From an uncultured Planctomycetales bacterium (GTDB lineage: Bacteria > Omnitrophota > Gorgyraeia > Gygaellales > Profunditerraquicolaceae): a stretch of 64,000 nt of DNA. The DNA is taken from contig CAZRVK010000001.1 in NCBI GenBank assembly GCA_964603585.1, positions 133,327 to 197,326 of the forward strand, read 5' to 3'. The translations under genes and the position numbers were made by a program. This document shows positions 34,106 through 42,954 of this stretch, piece by piece (position 1 is the stretch's first letter; the number at the start of each line of letters is the position of its first letter). A model generated the notes under the pieces. That model saw only the letters and a list, made by a program, of their open reading frames with translations, had not been told where the DNA came from and made no database searches.

Positions 34106-35576
34106 TTTCCGCCTTAATCAAGAAATACCCGCGGGAAGTCCTGACCAGGACATTACCGGAAACACCCTTGACCAGACGGTCATAATCGGTTACATTCTTA
34201 ACCGGCTGTTTGTTTATCTCCAGGATCACATCACCGGCAATAAGGCCGGCGTCTTCAGCGGAGGAATTAGGTTCGATATTTACTACCAGGACCCCTTGTT
34301 TTTCCTGTGTCCTGAACCTCTTGGCAATTTCTGAATTCAGGTCTTCAACATTTAAACCGCGCCAGCTGCCAGACGTCGACTCAACAGCGCCTTCCTCCAC
34401 ATTTTGCGGGCGTTCACCGATAACCACATTCAGAAAAGACGGCCTCTTATCGCGGATTATTTCGACCTTGACTGCCTTACCAACCTCACTTCTGCCGACA
34501 ATCCCTAAAAGATCCTTTACTGAATTAACCTCTTTAGTGTCGATGCGCACAATAATATCGCCTTCACGCATACCGGATCTCGCTGCCGGAGAATCATCAA
34601 GGACCTTGGCCACTAAAACCCCGTTTTTATCATTTGTACCAAAATGCTTGGCAAGATCAGGAGTAAGGTTCTGAACGGTGATCCCCAGCCATCCATAAAC
34701 AATCTTTTTGCCTTCGATCAACTTTGTAATTATCCGTTTCGCGCTGTTTATCGGAATAGCAAAACCAATCCCCATATTCCCGCCGTTAGTTGAAAATATC
34801 GCAACATTGATACCGACAACTTCACCTTTTAAGTTGACCAGCGGGCCTCCGGAATTGCCTGGATTGATCGCCGCATCGGTTTGGATAAGATCATTATAAT
34901 CCCTGTCCTGAGAAATCCCCCGCCCTAATGAACGGTGCAAAGCACTAATGACCCCTGCTGTTACCGTTGGTTCCGGGCTTTGCATCGCAAAGGCATAAGG
35001 ATTGCCGATTGCAACCACCCACTGCCCGATCTTGATACTATCGGAATCGCCAAGAGAAGCAACCGGCAGGTCCTTGGCGTTTATCTTGATCACCGCCAGG
35101 TCAGAACGCGGATCCTGACCTTTGATCTGGCCAGCAAATTCCCGGCCGTCAGATAGAGTAACGGTGATCTTATCCGCTTCACTGATCACATGTTCATTGG
35201 TAAGGATATAGCCGTCATGATTAATGATCACACCAGAACCTAAACCGGCCTTTTTATATTCCCTGTCCGGCATTTGCCCAAAAAAATCATCGAAGAACCG
35301 GCGCAAGAGTTCATCCTCGTTATTCTGGCCCGGAACAGAAGGGAACCGGCGGTAATACCTGCGGCTGCTATTTATCTTTTCGGTATGCTCTGTGCTGATA
35401 GAAACCACTGCTTTACCTGCGGTTTCGGCCACATTGATCACCGCATCCTCCATATTAAAACCTTTGGATGTATGAGCAGGCTCGATTTGTGCAGAAAGGC
35501 TGCGCATAAAAGAAACTCGCGGGGCGGCACCAGCCAGTAAAACCAAGATTATAAATAACAATGCTGTTTTTTTCAT
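34095..35576 (-). CDS. htrA: Periplasmic serine endoprotease DegP/HtrA (trypsin domain plus two PDZ)
   Basis: 493 aa with a signal peptide, the catalytic triad context GNSGGPL and two PDZ domains. Confidence 0.85.
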   Translation of the reverse strand: MKKTALLFIILVLLAGAAPRVSFMRSLSAQIEPAHTSKGFNMEDAVINVAETAGKAVVSISTEHTEKINSSRRYYRRFPSVPGQNNEDELLRRFFDDFFGQMPDREYKKAGLGSGVIINHDGYILTNEHVISEADKITVTLSDGREFAGQIKGQDPRSDLAVIKINAKDLPVASLGDSDSIKIGQWVVAIGNPYAFAMQSPEPTVTAGVISALHRSLGRGISQDRDYNDLIQTDAAINPGNSGGPLVNLKGEVVGINVAIFSTNGGNMGIGFAIPINSAKRIITKLIEGKKIVYGWLGITVQNLTPDLAKHFGTNDKNGVLVAKVLDDSPAARSGMREGDIIVRIDTKEVNSVKDLLGIVGRSEVGKAVKVEIIRDKRPSFLNVVIGERPQNVEEGAVESTSGSWRGLNVEDLNSEIAKRFRTQEKQGVLVVNIEPNSSAEDAGLIAGDVILEINKQPVKNVTDYDRLVKGVSGNVLVRTSRGYFLIKAESEK

Positions 35577-35597
35577 CAGATTACCTCCTGCCTTGGA

Positions 35598-36671
35598 TTA
35601 TCTTTCCTGTTTTTCTCCTGCAATGGCCTTATTACGCACTTCTTTTTCAATATCCTCTTCCAACTTGTTTTTTTCCTTCAAGAGTTTTATTGCGGCATCC
35701 CTGCCCTGGCCGAGTTTCTCATTGCCAAAAGAAAGCCAGGTCCCGGATTTTTGCACCACCTCCATATTGATCGCGGTATCCAAAAGGCTTCCGATTTTTG
35801 AGATCCCTTCATTGTGCAGGATCTCGAATTCCGTCTCCTTAAAAGGAGGCGCCACCTTATTTTTTACTACTCTTACCCGGACCCGGTTGCCGATCACATC
35901 ATCACCTGTTTTTAAAGTCTGTATCCGTCGGATATCCAGGCGGACAGAGGCATAGAATTTAAGCGCCCTGCCTCCGGTAGTAGTTTCCGGAGAACCGAAC
36001 ATCACCCCGATCTTTTCTCTTAATTGATTAATAAAAACCACGCAAGTCCGAGACTTACTGATCGCGGCAGTCAATTTACGCAAAGCCTGTGACATTAACC
36101 TTGCCTGCAGGCCAACATGCGAGTCCCCCATTTCACCTTCGATCTCCGCCCGCGGAGTAAGCGCCGCTACCGAGTCAATTACAATAAGGTCTACGGCATT
36201 CGAACGCACCAATGTTTCTGCGATCTCCAACGCCTGTTCTCCGGTATCCGGCTGTGAGATCAAAAGATCATCGAGGTTAACGCCGATCACCTTGGCATAT
36301 GTAGAATCAAAGGCATGTTCGGCATCGATAAATGCCGCCACCCCGCCTTTTTTCTGGATTTCCCTGATCACGCAAAGAGTCAAAGTGGTTTTTCCGGATG
36401 CTTCGGGTCCAAAGATCTCGATAATCCTTCCTCGGGGAAGACCGCCCACGCCTAAGGCCAGGTCCAGCCCCAATGCCCCTGTAGGGATAGCGTCAACATC
36501 TGCCTTGACATCCGCCCCCAGTTTCATGATCGAACCTTTACCGAACTGCTTTTCGATCTGGGCAAGCGCCAGCTCCAGCGCCTTTTGGCGGTGGCTTGTA
36601 TCTTTGGCGTCTGTTTTCTGTGCATCTAAACTGATCCCGCCTTTAGGCGGTGTTTTCTTGTCAATACTCAT
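35598..36671 (-). CDS. recA: Recombinase RecA
   Basis: 357 aa with Walker [10 protein letters not shown] and the RecA L1/L2 loops. Confidence 0.95.
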   Translation of the reverse strand: MSIDKKTPPKGGISLDAQKTDAKDTSHRQKALELALAQIEKQFGKGSIMKLGADVKADVDAIPTGALGLDLALGVGGLPRGRIIEIFGPEASGKTTLTLCVIREIQKKGGVAAFIDAEHAFDSTYAKVIGVNLDDLLISQPDTGEQALEIAETLVRSNAVDLIVIDSVAALTPRAEIEGEMGDSHVGLQARLMSQALRKLTAAISKSRTCVVFINQLREKIGVMFGSPETTTGGRALKFYASVRLDIRRIQTLKTGDDVIGNRVRVRVVKNKVAPPFKETEFEILHNEGISKIGSLLDTAINMEVVQKSGTWLSFGNEKLGQGRDAAIKLLKEKNKLEEDIEKEVRNKAIAGEKQER

Positions 36672-36718
36672 GCTAAACCTCCGGATTTTAATATTATTTA
36701 AAGCTAAAGTAGAGTTTT

Positions 36719-36747
36719 ATTATAACTTAGCCCCTTTTACCTGTCAA
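36719..36747 (-). promoter_or_regulatory. Consensus sigma70-type promoter for recA (TTGACA-17-TATAAT) about 50 nt upstream of the start codon
   Basis: Minus-strand reading: TTGACAGGTAAAAGGGGCTAAGTTATAAT. A GGAGG RBS precedes the ATG. No obvious LexA/Cheo box was seen. Confidence 0.5.
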
Positions 36748-36997
36748 ATAAAATCACTGCCGCCCTAATACAATCTAAACCACTAAATTACATAATCTAT
36801 AATATCCCTATCAAATGAAACTTGACTTGACGTTTTTTGTTCCCGTGCTGAAAATTCTTGCCGTCTGCTTCGGTTTATTCCTGGCTTCCGCAAAATTGAA
36901 AAATGGTCGCTAATGATATGCTTCAGCTCGTCGTAATTCCTCGCAGACTATTGCCAAGAATTTTCTAATGTACGTCCGCGAAATTTCGCCAAGCTTA

Positions 36998-37095
36998 CAT
37001 TGCAGCGGGTGACCGGGGATGGCTGCGAATGGGAGAATCCACACCGGGCGGAGGGGCCCATGAGCAACCGGCCCCGGGCAGGACCCGCGGCAATG
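36998..37095. other. GC-rich structured element of unknown identity, a candidate small RNA or cis-structure, in the 540-bp recA-upstream intergenic region
   Basis: A 12-bp closing helix (CATTGCAGCGGGT / ACCCGCGGCAATG, one mismatch) encloses nested GC hairpins, e.g. GGGGCC-11 nt-GGCCCC. Local GC is far above the window average. No coding signal. Confidence 0.3.
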
Positions 37096-37160
37096 TATCG
37101 TAAAATTATCAACCTTGTAATTTTCCTGTCCACCTGTACATGCTACATATAAATATAATT

Positions 37161-37191
37161 CCCCCCTTTCACGCAATAATAGACGCGGGGG
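37161..37191 (-). terminator. Putative terminator after the methylthiotransferase gene
   Basis: Minus strand: TCCCCC, a loop, GGGGGG, followed by AATTATATTTAT. Confidence 0.35.
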
Positions 37192-37213
37192 AAGGAAAAA
37201 TCTAACAGGAATA

Positions 37214-38524
37214 TTATTTGCCGATAAAAACCTCGCCAACAAGCTCGGTTAGTTTTACCGGGATCAGCTGATTCTTTAGGTTTAAGCGGGATTTAACCAT
37301 AACCTGCAGATAATTATCCGTATGCCCCTGCCAAAAACCCGGATTATTCCTGGCTCTATCTTCGATCAACACCAACATCTTCTTATTCAGGAACTTCCTG
37401 CGAAAAGATAACGCACACTTATCCGATATTCCTTTTAAAAACATCAGCCGGTTTTTTATTACTTCCTCTGGCAGGAAATCTTTCGTAAAACCGGCCGCAG
37501 CGGTTCCCTTACGCAGGGAAAAAGGGAAAATATGTGCCTTTAAAGGCACGATCTCCTGTACCGCTTTTACGCTGTTCTGAAAACTCTCCTCGGTTTCTCC
37601 GGGAAACCCCACAAGGAGATCTGTGGTTATGGCAATATATGGTACCTGGGATCTAATTCTCTGGATCAGGCGAAGAAAATCCCGGCGGCTATAGTGGCGG
37701 TTCATTTTTTCTAGGATTTGATCATCCCCGCTTTGCAAAGGGATATGCAAATGCCGGCATAGTTTCTTGGAGCCTTTCATCCGGTTAATAAGCCTGGTGG
37801 AAATATCCTTTGCCTCGATCGAGCTCAATCTTATGCGATAAACCCCGGGAATACCCTCTAATTTATCGATTAAGCTTGCCAAATCCGATCTGGGATGGAG
37901 ACTTCGGCCGTAATCGCCTAAACATATCCCGGTCAGGACTATCTCTTTAAACCCATTCTTTGCCAAATCCTCTGCCTGGTGGATAACCTGGTCTAATGGA
38001 ACGCTTTTAGACCGTCCGCGGACCAAAGGCACTTTGCAATAGGAACAGAAATTATTACAACCGTCCTGAACTTTTAAGAAAGCCCGGGTATGGCCTTTAA
38101 ATCCGGTAATCCCCGGTACAGAGGTATTGCTTTTTTTTACCCCATTCCAGGTATTATCAGCATACACCCCGCAAAACGTATTTTTCTTATTTATTTCTTG
38201 TATAAAGGCAGGCAGGATTTTAGATTTATCCTTAATGATCATGCAACCAAAACCCGATATTTTGGCCCGGTCAGACTCAAGCTGGGCAAGACAGCCGGTA
38301 AGCACGATTTTCGCCCGGGGATTTTCTTGTTTTGCTTGACGAATAAAACGCAGGGAATCACGGTCGGCGCGGTGAGTTACCGTGCAACTATTAATAATAT
38401 AAATATCTGCCGGCTCATCGGAAGAAACCTCATAACAACCGCTATGCAAGAACTGTTCGCGCAGGCTCTGGGTCTCATACTGGTTGACCTTGCATCCTAA
38501 GGTAGAGAATTTAACCCCGATCAT
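37214..38524 (-). CDS. MiaB/RimO/MtaB-family radical SAM methylthiotransferase
   Basis: 436 aa with an N-terminal MTTase domain, a CxxxCxxC radical SAM motif (CNNFCSYC) and a C-terminal TRAM domain. Confidence 0.85.
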   Translation of the reverse strand: MIGVKFSTLGCKVNQYETQSLREQFLHSGCYEVSSDEPADIYIINSCTVTHRADRDSLRFIRQAKQENPRAKIVLTGCLAQLESDRAKISGFGCMIIKDKSKILPAFIQEINKKNTFCGVYADNTWNGVKKSNTSVPGITGFKGHTRAFLKVQDGCNNFCSYCKVPLVRGRSKSVPLDQVIHQAEDLAKNGFKEIVLTGICLGDYGRSLHPRSDLASLIDKLEGIPGVYRIRLSSIEAKDISTRLINRMKGSKKLCRHLHIPLQSGDDQILEKMNRHYSRRDFLRLIQRIRSQVPYIAITTDLLVGFPGETEESFQNSVKAVQEIVPLKAHIFPFSLRKGTAAAGFTKDFLPEEVIKNRLMFLKGISDKCALSFRRKFLNKKMLVLIEDRARNNPGFWQGHTDNYLQVMVKSRLNLKNQLIPVKLTELVGEVFIGK

Positions 38525-39251
38525 CGGAATATATGCTGATGAAACTGGCTACAGCCACTGCAGCGGTATCAACCCTTAAAACAAGATCCCCTAAGGTTAC
38601 CGGGATACACCCTGCCTTAACTGCCAGATCAATCTCTTCGGGTGTAAAATCACCTTCCGGGCCGATAAAAACCAGGACGCTTTTAGGAGCGCCGGATTTA
38701 AAAACCTCTTTCAGCCTTTTGCGCGCTCCTTCTAAAGTAGGGATCAGTTTCAGGTCATATCCCGCGGCGGAATTTAAAACATCCTGAATAGCCTGCATAG
38801 GAAGGACCGCAGGGAAATCGTTGCGCTTACTCTGTCCGGATGCGCTTTGTGCAATCTTTTCCCAACGTTTCAGCCGGGCAGCTCTTTTTGCGGCATCCAG
38901 CTTAATGATCACCCGTTCAGTTTCCAGAGGAATAATCGTATCCACTCCCAGTTGAGTCAACTTATCGATGATCTCATCCATTTTTGCCTGCTTTGGGATG
39001 GCACAGGCAACCGTAACTTTAGTCTTATTCTTTTTCTCTGCCCGCCGCTTTTCTTTTATCTGTAAAATGATCTTATCCGGCAATAACTCCCGGACAAAAC
39101 ATGCGTACTCCATCCCCCGCTCATCTACGGCCGATACAGGCTCTCGCAAATTCAAACGCAAAACATCCTTGAAATGATGCACCTGATCAGGATGTAAAAC
39201 CGTTATTTGATCATTTAAGATATTCTCTGCCAAAACAAATAATTTATGCAT
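38511..39251 (-). CDS. rsmE: 16S rRNA (uracil1498-N3)-methyltransferase RsmE. Start trimmed to MHKLFVL.
   Basis: PUA-like N-terminal domain and a SPOUT C-terminus (FIGPEGDFTPEE). Confidence 0.8.
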   Translation of the reverse strand: MHKLFVLAENILNDQITVLHPDQVHHFKDVLRLNLREPVSAVDERGMEYACFVRELLPDKIILQIKEKRRAEKKNKTKVTVACAIPKQAKMDEIIDKLTQLGVDTIIPLETERVIIKLDAAKRAARLKRWEKIAQSASGQSKRNDFPAVLPMQAIQDVLNSAAGYDLKLIPTLEGARKRLKEVFKSGAPKSVLVFIGPEGDFTPEEIDLAVKAGCIPVTLGDLVLRVDTAAVAVASFISIYSDDRG

Positions 39252-39299
39252 TTTAGATTTACCTCCCAAAACCGCTTACTCGCGCATTTAAACCAACAT

Positions 39300-39944
39300 T
39301 CATACCAGCGCACCCGCAACCAACCTTAATCCCATAACTATAATCGCCGCAGCACAAATGATCTGCAACCACCGCCAAAACCGGTTATGCACTATCTTTT
39401 GCCTTAAAAAACCGGAAATAAGAACTAATAAAATAACCGGAGAAAGTGCCGTTCCTATACCAAAGGATAGGCTATAAACCATACTTTCCATCCAGTTCTT
39501 CGAAACCAGCATAATATACGATAAAACTGCAATAAGCGGAGCACAAGGAGCAATCCCGGTGATCACACCAAAAATAAACGTGCTGAATTTATCCCGGATG
39601 ATAATATGCCTGGACAGACCCTGGCAAAACCTGTTCTTTTCCCCGAATGCCATCAATGATCCTGCCAGGACAAGAAATCCTCCGCCAAAAACCGTTGCAT
39701 ACCTGTAAAATCCGCTCCATAAATTCTCTGCGGCAAGGCGCCCGGCAAAAAAGAACAAAAAACCTGCTAAAACATATACGCATATCCGGCCGATAGAGAA
39801 TATAAAGTAAAAACCCGCTCCCTGCCCGGGATTCTTGCCGGTGCCAACCGTATAAGAAACGACCAGCGGGCCGCAACTGGCCAAGCACGGCCCCCAGCCA
39901 AAAGTCAATCCTAAAAGGAAATTCGCAATAAAAATCCGCAGCAT
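39300..39944 (-). CDS. Polytopic membrane protein with CxxxCGP and APCAP motifs (DsbD_2 / UreH-like TM domain family)
   Basis: 214 aa with about six TM helices. GWGPCLASCGP sits in TM1 and IAPCAPL in a later TM, reminiscent of CcdA/DsbD-type paired-cysteine transporters. Confidence 0.5.
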   Translation of the reverse strand: MLRIFIANFLLGLTFGWGPCLASCGPLVVSYTVGTGKNPGQGAGFYFIFSIGRICVYVLAGFLFFFAGRLAAENLWSGFYRYATVFGGGFLVLAGSLMAFGEKNRFCQGLSRHIIIRDKFSTFIFGVITGIAPCAPLIAVLSYIMLVSKNWMESMVYSLSFGIGTALSPVILLVLISGFLRQKIVHNRFWRWLQIICAAAIIVMGLRLVAGALV

Positions 39945-39963
39945 ATCGATTTAAGCCAGCGCA

Positions 39964-41418
39964 CTACTCTTTTTCAGAAAAAACCTCTGCGGTAAAAATA
40001 TACACTTCCGTGGATTTATCTTTCCAGGCATCCGCAGGCAGGCCGGCTTTTTCCGTACACAAATGCGACATGAACTCCTCTTTACTCCATCCAGTTTCCA
40101 CAGCAACCTGCGGCAGAAAAACACCACTTCGGAAACCTTTTTTTACCAAAACCCCGTGTGTTCCTATCTTAATCTCTTCCGGCGAATCAACACGCTGCAT
40201 CGGGGAAAGAACAGAAATCTCCAGATCCACATCTTTAAACTCCGTTAAATCCAAAGGCATGAATCTGGGGTCCCCCACTGCCGCCTCGACCGCCATATCC
40301 CGCACCGTAAGATACAGCGGTTCCCGGCTGATCAGATTTCCAATACACCCCCGCAACTGGCCTTTCTTATGCAAAGTCACAAAGGCACCCATCGGCTGGG
40401 TTAAGACAGGGTCATTTTCAGCTAAATCCGGTTTTTTATCAGCAGTCAAATAATATGTAATTGCATTACGGGCAATCTCTAATAACCTTTTCCTTTGGCC
40501 CAGGTTCAACATACCTATCCCTCCTTTATCTTGACTAATCGCACAACTGGCGTAACCTACAGTCCAAACCCCTTTTTGCATACGGCCGGTTATCCTTCCG
40601 GAATTAGTATATTTCAAAAGCTTGATCTTGTCATATCCTAAAGCTTTGGATAAAATAACGGCGGTAACTACCCCAAACCCACCACAAAGCTTGAGCTCAT
40701 CCTTGCGCAAACCGGAGTACAGCTCAAGTCCGGACATATTTTGCATGACACTCAAGGTTTTCCGGTCCACAGATTCCGCCTGGTCAAAATCATAGCCATG
40801 ATACATATCGCTTGAGACAATTACCAATACATCCTTACGCCCGCCGATCGCATTCTTTAACAGCTCTGCCATCCGTTCACAGGTATAAAGCGGGCAATCG
40901 CCAAGGATGACCGGGACGATCTTAATCCCGGATAAGGTTTTTTGCAAGAACGGCAGCTGCACTTCCAGAGAATGCTCATTCTTAAAAGCCTCGGGTATGA
41001 ATTTAATATCGTCTTGCGGGCTGATCAACTGCCGGGCGAACTCATTATCCACTTCTAAATCGCCTAAGGGAGTGCGAAAAACCCCTTCCGGATACACCGA
41101 GGCACCGCTAAAGGCATAGCTATGGCCCGTCCCCAGGATAACAACCGTCTTATAAGGTTTGTCCCTGACCAGCTTATAGCCAAAAGCAGCAGCCTCTCCG
41201 GAGAAACCGTATCCGGCATGCGGACAGATCAAGGCAAAGATCTCACCCGGGACCGGTTCCGGGTCTGCCTGGCTCAAGAACCCATCGATCATAAGCGATA
41301 ACTCTTCCGGATCATCCGGATAAAATGACCCGGCGACATGAGGACCTACGATATCAGAGGCAAGCAGATTAAATACTAAAAAGCCGTGTATCAGGAATAA
41401 AAATAATATTTTACCCAT
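39964..41418 (-). CDS. AmmeMemoRadiSam system fusion protein: Memo-like (protein B) N-terminal half plus AMMECR1 (protein A) C-terminal half, preceded by a predicted signal peptide or signal anchor
   Basis: Memo N-terminal motif HVAGSFYP comes right after a 20-aa hydrophobic leader MGKILFLFLIHGFLVFNLLAS. AMMECR1 motifs (GAFVTLHKKGQLRGCIG) are in the C-terminal half. A strong AGGAGG RBS precedes the ATG. Confidence 0.85.
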   Translation of the reverse strand: MGKILFLFLIHGFLVFNLLASDIVGPHVAGSFYPDDPEELSLMIDGFLSQADPEPVPGEIFALICPHAGYGFSGEAAAFGYKLVRDKPYKTVVILGTGHSYAFSGASVYPEGVFRTPLGDLEVDNEFARQLISPQDDIKFIPEAFKNEHSLEVQLPFLQKTLSGIKIVPVILGDCPLYTCERMAELLKNAIGGRKDVLVIVSSDMYHGYDFDQAESVDRKTLSVMQNMSGLELYSGLRKDELKLCGGFGVVTAVILSKALGYDKIKLLKYTNSGRITGRMQKGVWTVGYASCAISQDKGGIGMLNLGQRKRLLEIARNAITYYLTADKKPDLAENDPVLTQPMGAFVTLHKKGQLRGCIGNLISREPLYLTVRDMAVEAAVGDPRFMPLDLTEFKDVDLEISVLSPMQRVDSPEEIKIGTHGVLVKKGFRSGVFLPQVAVETGWSKEEFMSHLCTEKAGLPADAWKDKSTEVYIFTAEVFSEKE

Positions 41419-41424
41419 AACCTC

Positions 41425-42537
41425 CTACTTCCACACTCCGGAGATCTCTGTCTTACAAAACCTGCATTTACCTTCAATCAAATTATCACTGACCACAAAA
41501 TACCCTTTTCTTTCGATAACCGCCTGCTTGCATTCTGGGCAATAGGTATTCTCTGCGTCAAGTCCCGGGACATTACCGATATAGACATATTTTAAGCCTG
41601 TATCTAAAGCGATCTGGCGTGCTTTCTCAAGGCTTGCTACCGGAGTAGGGTTCAGGCTGGCAAGTTTAAACGTCGGGAAAAACCGGGAAAAATGCACCGG
41701 GGTATCCGCTCCAAGATTATCCTTGATCCATAGACACATTTGCTTTATCAATTCCGGATCATCATTATACCCCGGCAAGATCAAATTAGTGATCTCAAGA
41801 TGCACCCCAGCCTCTTTTAAGATCTTAAGCGATCTTAAGACCGGATCAAGTGTCCCTGCACAAATCCGGGCATAATATTCATCGCTAAACCCTTTAAGGT
41901 CGATATTTGCCGCATCCAGGTATTTCGCCAGTTCCTTAAGCGGCTCTTCATTAATATATCCTGAAGAATGCATAATATTACGTATACCGTTTTCATGCGC
42001 TAATCTGGCGCTTTCCAGCATATATTCATAGAATATAGTAGGCTCGCTGTATGTATATGCAATACTCAAGGCACCCGACTGTTTCGCTTTCTCAACCAAT
42101 TCCATAGGAGAAAGAGGCAAATAATCCAGGTCTTCGGGTTTTGCTTGAGATATCTCCCAATTCTGGCAGAATTTACACCGTAAATTACACCCGGCGGTCG
42201 CAACCGAAAATGCCGATGTTGCCGGAAGATAATGGAATAACGGTTTCTTTTCAATCGGATCAAGGTGGATGGCAACCGGCCTGGCATAACTTAGGCTGTA
42301 AAGCCTGCCTGCCTGGTTTTCTCGCACCCCGCAAAACCCCCTGCGCCCGGAAGGGATCCGGCACAGGCGCGGGCAAAGCTGGCAGTTCACCGAATGAGCA
42401 TCCAGTTTTTCATAGAATAAAGCTTCTTTAGAAGGCTGGCTGGCAACAATTCCCGGGAGGTAAAAACACAACGCTACGGCCGCAAATAGAAGAACAATTA
42501 TCGGTTTGATCCGCAGGAAATACTTCAATTTATCCAC
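41425..42537 (-). CDS. AmmeMemoRadiSam system radical SAM enzyme. A GTG start, if used, gives an N-terminal hydrophobic extension.
   Basis: Two Cys clusters, CQLCPRLC and CNLRCKFCQNWEIS, are typical of this family. Start codon is GTG at 42537, 10 nt downstream of tRNA-Ala with no obvious SD. An in-frame TTG further in is an alternative start. Confidence 0.8.
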   Translation of the reverse strand: MDKLKYFLRIKPIIVLLFAAVALCFYLPGIVASQPSKEALFYEKLDAHSVNCQLCPRLCRIPSGRRGFCGVRENQAGRLYSLSYARPVAIHLDPIEKKPLFHYLPATSAFSVATAGCNLRCKFCQNWEISQAKPEDLDYLPLSPMELVEKAKQSGALSIAYTYSEPTIFYEYMLESARLAHENGIRNIMHSSGYINEEPLKELAKYLDAANIDLKGFSDEYYARICAGTLDPVLRSLKILKEAGVHLEITNLILPGYNDDPELIKQMCLWIKDNLGADTPVHFSRFFPTFKLASLNPTPVASLEKARQIALDTGLKYVYIGNVPGLDAENTYCPECKQAVIERKGYFVVSDNLIEGKCRFCKTEISGVWK

Positions 42538-42547
42538 AAAAGAAATG

Positions 42548-42620
42548 TGGAGCTGGGGAGAATCGAACTCCCGGCCCCCTCGTTGCGAACGAGATGCTCT
42601 CCCATCTGAGCTACAGCCCC
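42548..42620 (-). tRNA. trnA: tRNA-Ala (anticodon CGC)
   Basis: Reverse complement GGGGCTGTAGCTCAGATGGGAGAGC...TTCGCAA...TTCGATT...CAGCTCCA. G3:U70 identity pair present. Confidence 0.85.
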
Positions 42621-42646
42621 ATCTCTATTAACTGTCATAGGCGTGT

Positions 42647-42712
42647 CCCCCACGCATAGATTTCACAAACATTTGTACTTCTAACTATAATGTTTGTGAA
42701 ATCTGTGGGGGG
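42647..42712. repeat. Long near-perfect inverted repeat (about 22-bp stem, 15-nt loop)
   Basis: CCCCCACGCATAGATTTCACAAACATT, then a loop, then AATGTTTGTGAAATCTGTGGGGGGG. Lies between the pilus operon end and tRNA-Ala. Confidence 0.6.
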
Positions 42713-42740
42713 GCAGCCCCAATTAAGTCTATAGATTGCG

Positions 42741-42796
42741 CTCATGGCTCATGGCTCATGACTCATAGCTCATGGCTCATAGCTCATGGCTCATGG
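42741..42796. repeat. Eight tandem copies of heptamer CTCATGG, with variants CTCATGA and CTCATAG
   Basis: Direct reading: GCTCATGGCTCATGGCTCATGACTCATAGCTCATGGCTCATAGCTCATGGCTCATGG. Non-coding in all frames. Confidence 0.75.
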
Positions 42797-42954
42797 TAAA
42801 AACAAAGACATTACTAATAAAGGACGCTATATTAATTGAATGAACAATGAACTAACATGGCAATCTATTGACTCATATACTTAAACAACTAGTAATTATA
42901 GCATTAAACTCAAAATGGGCAAATAAAAAAGTTTTAAATAATCCAAAAAATTGT

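Noticed and set aside
36672-36760. LexA/SOS box upstream of recA
   Set aside because: No CTGT-N8-ACAG or GAAC-N4-GTTC palindrome was found between the consensus promoter and the recA start codon.
36998-37095. Assignment of the GC-rich element to tmRNA, SRP RNA, RNase P RNA, ZTP or c-di-GMP riboswitch
   Set aside because: There is no tag-peptide reading frame ending in a ...LAA-type tag and no tRNA-like 3' end. None of the GGAA/AGCAGCC (SRP), AGGAAAGUCCGGGCUCC (RNase P) or ZTP consensus blocks are present.
36910-37242. Minus-strand 110-aa ORF (and nested 61-aa ORF) spanning the GC-rich intergenic element
   Set aside because: It overlaps the upstream gene's stop and terminator hairpin, it is driven only by GC-rich sequence, and it has no RBS. 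The region is better explained as a structured non-coding element.
42741-42796. CRISPR array
   Set aside because: The repeats are 7-nt units that abut directly with no spacers. No cas genes are nearby.
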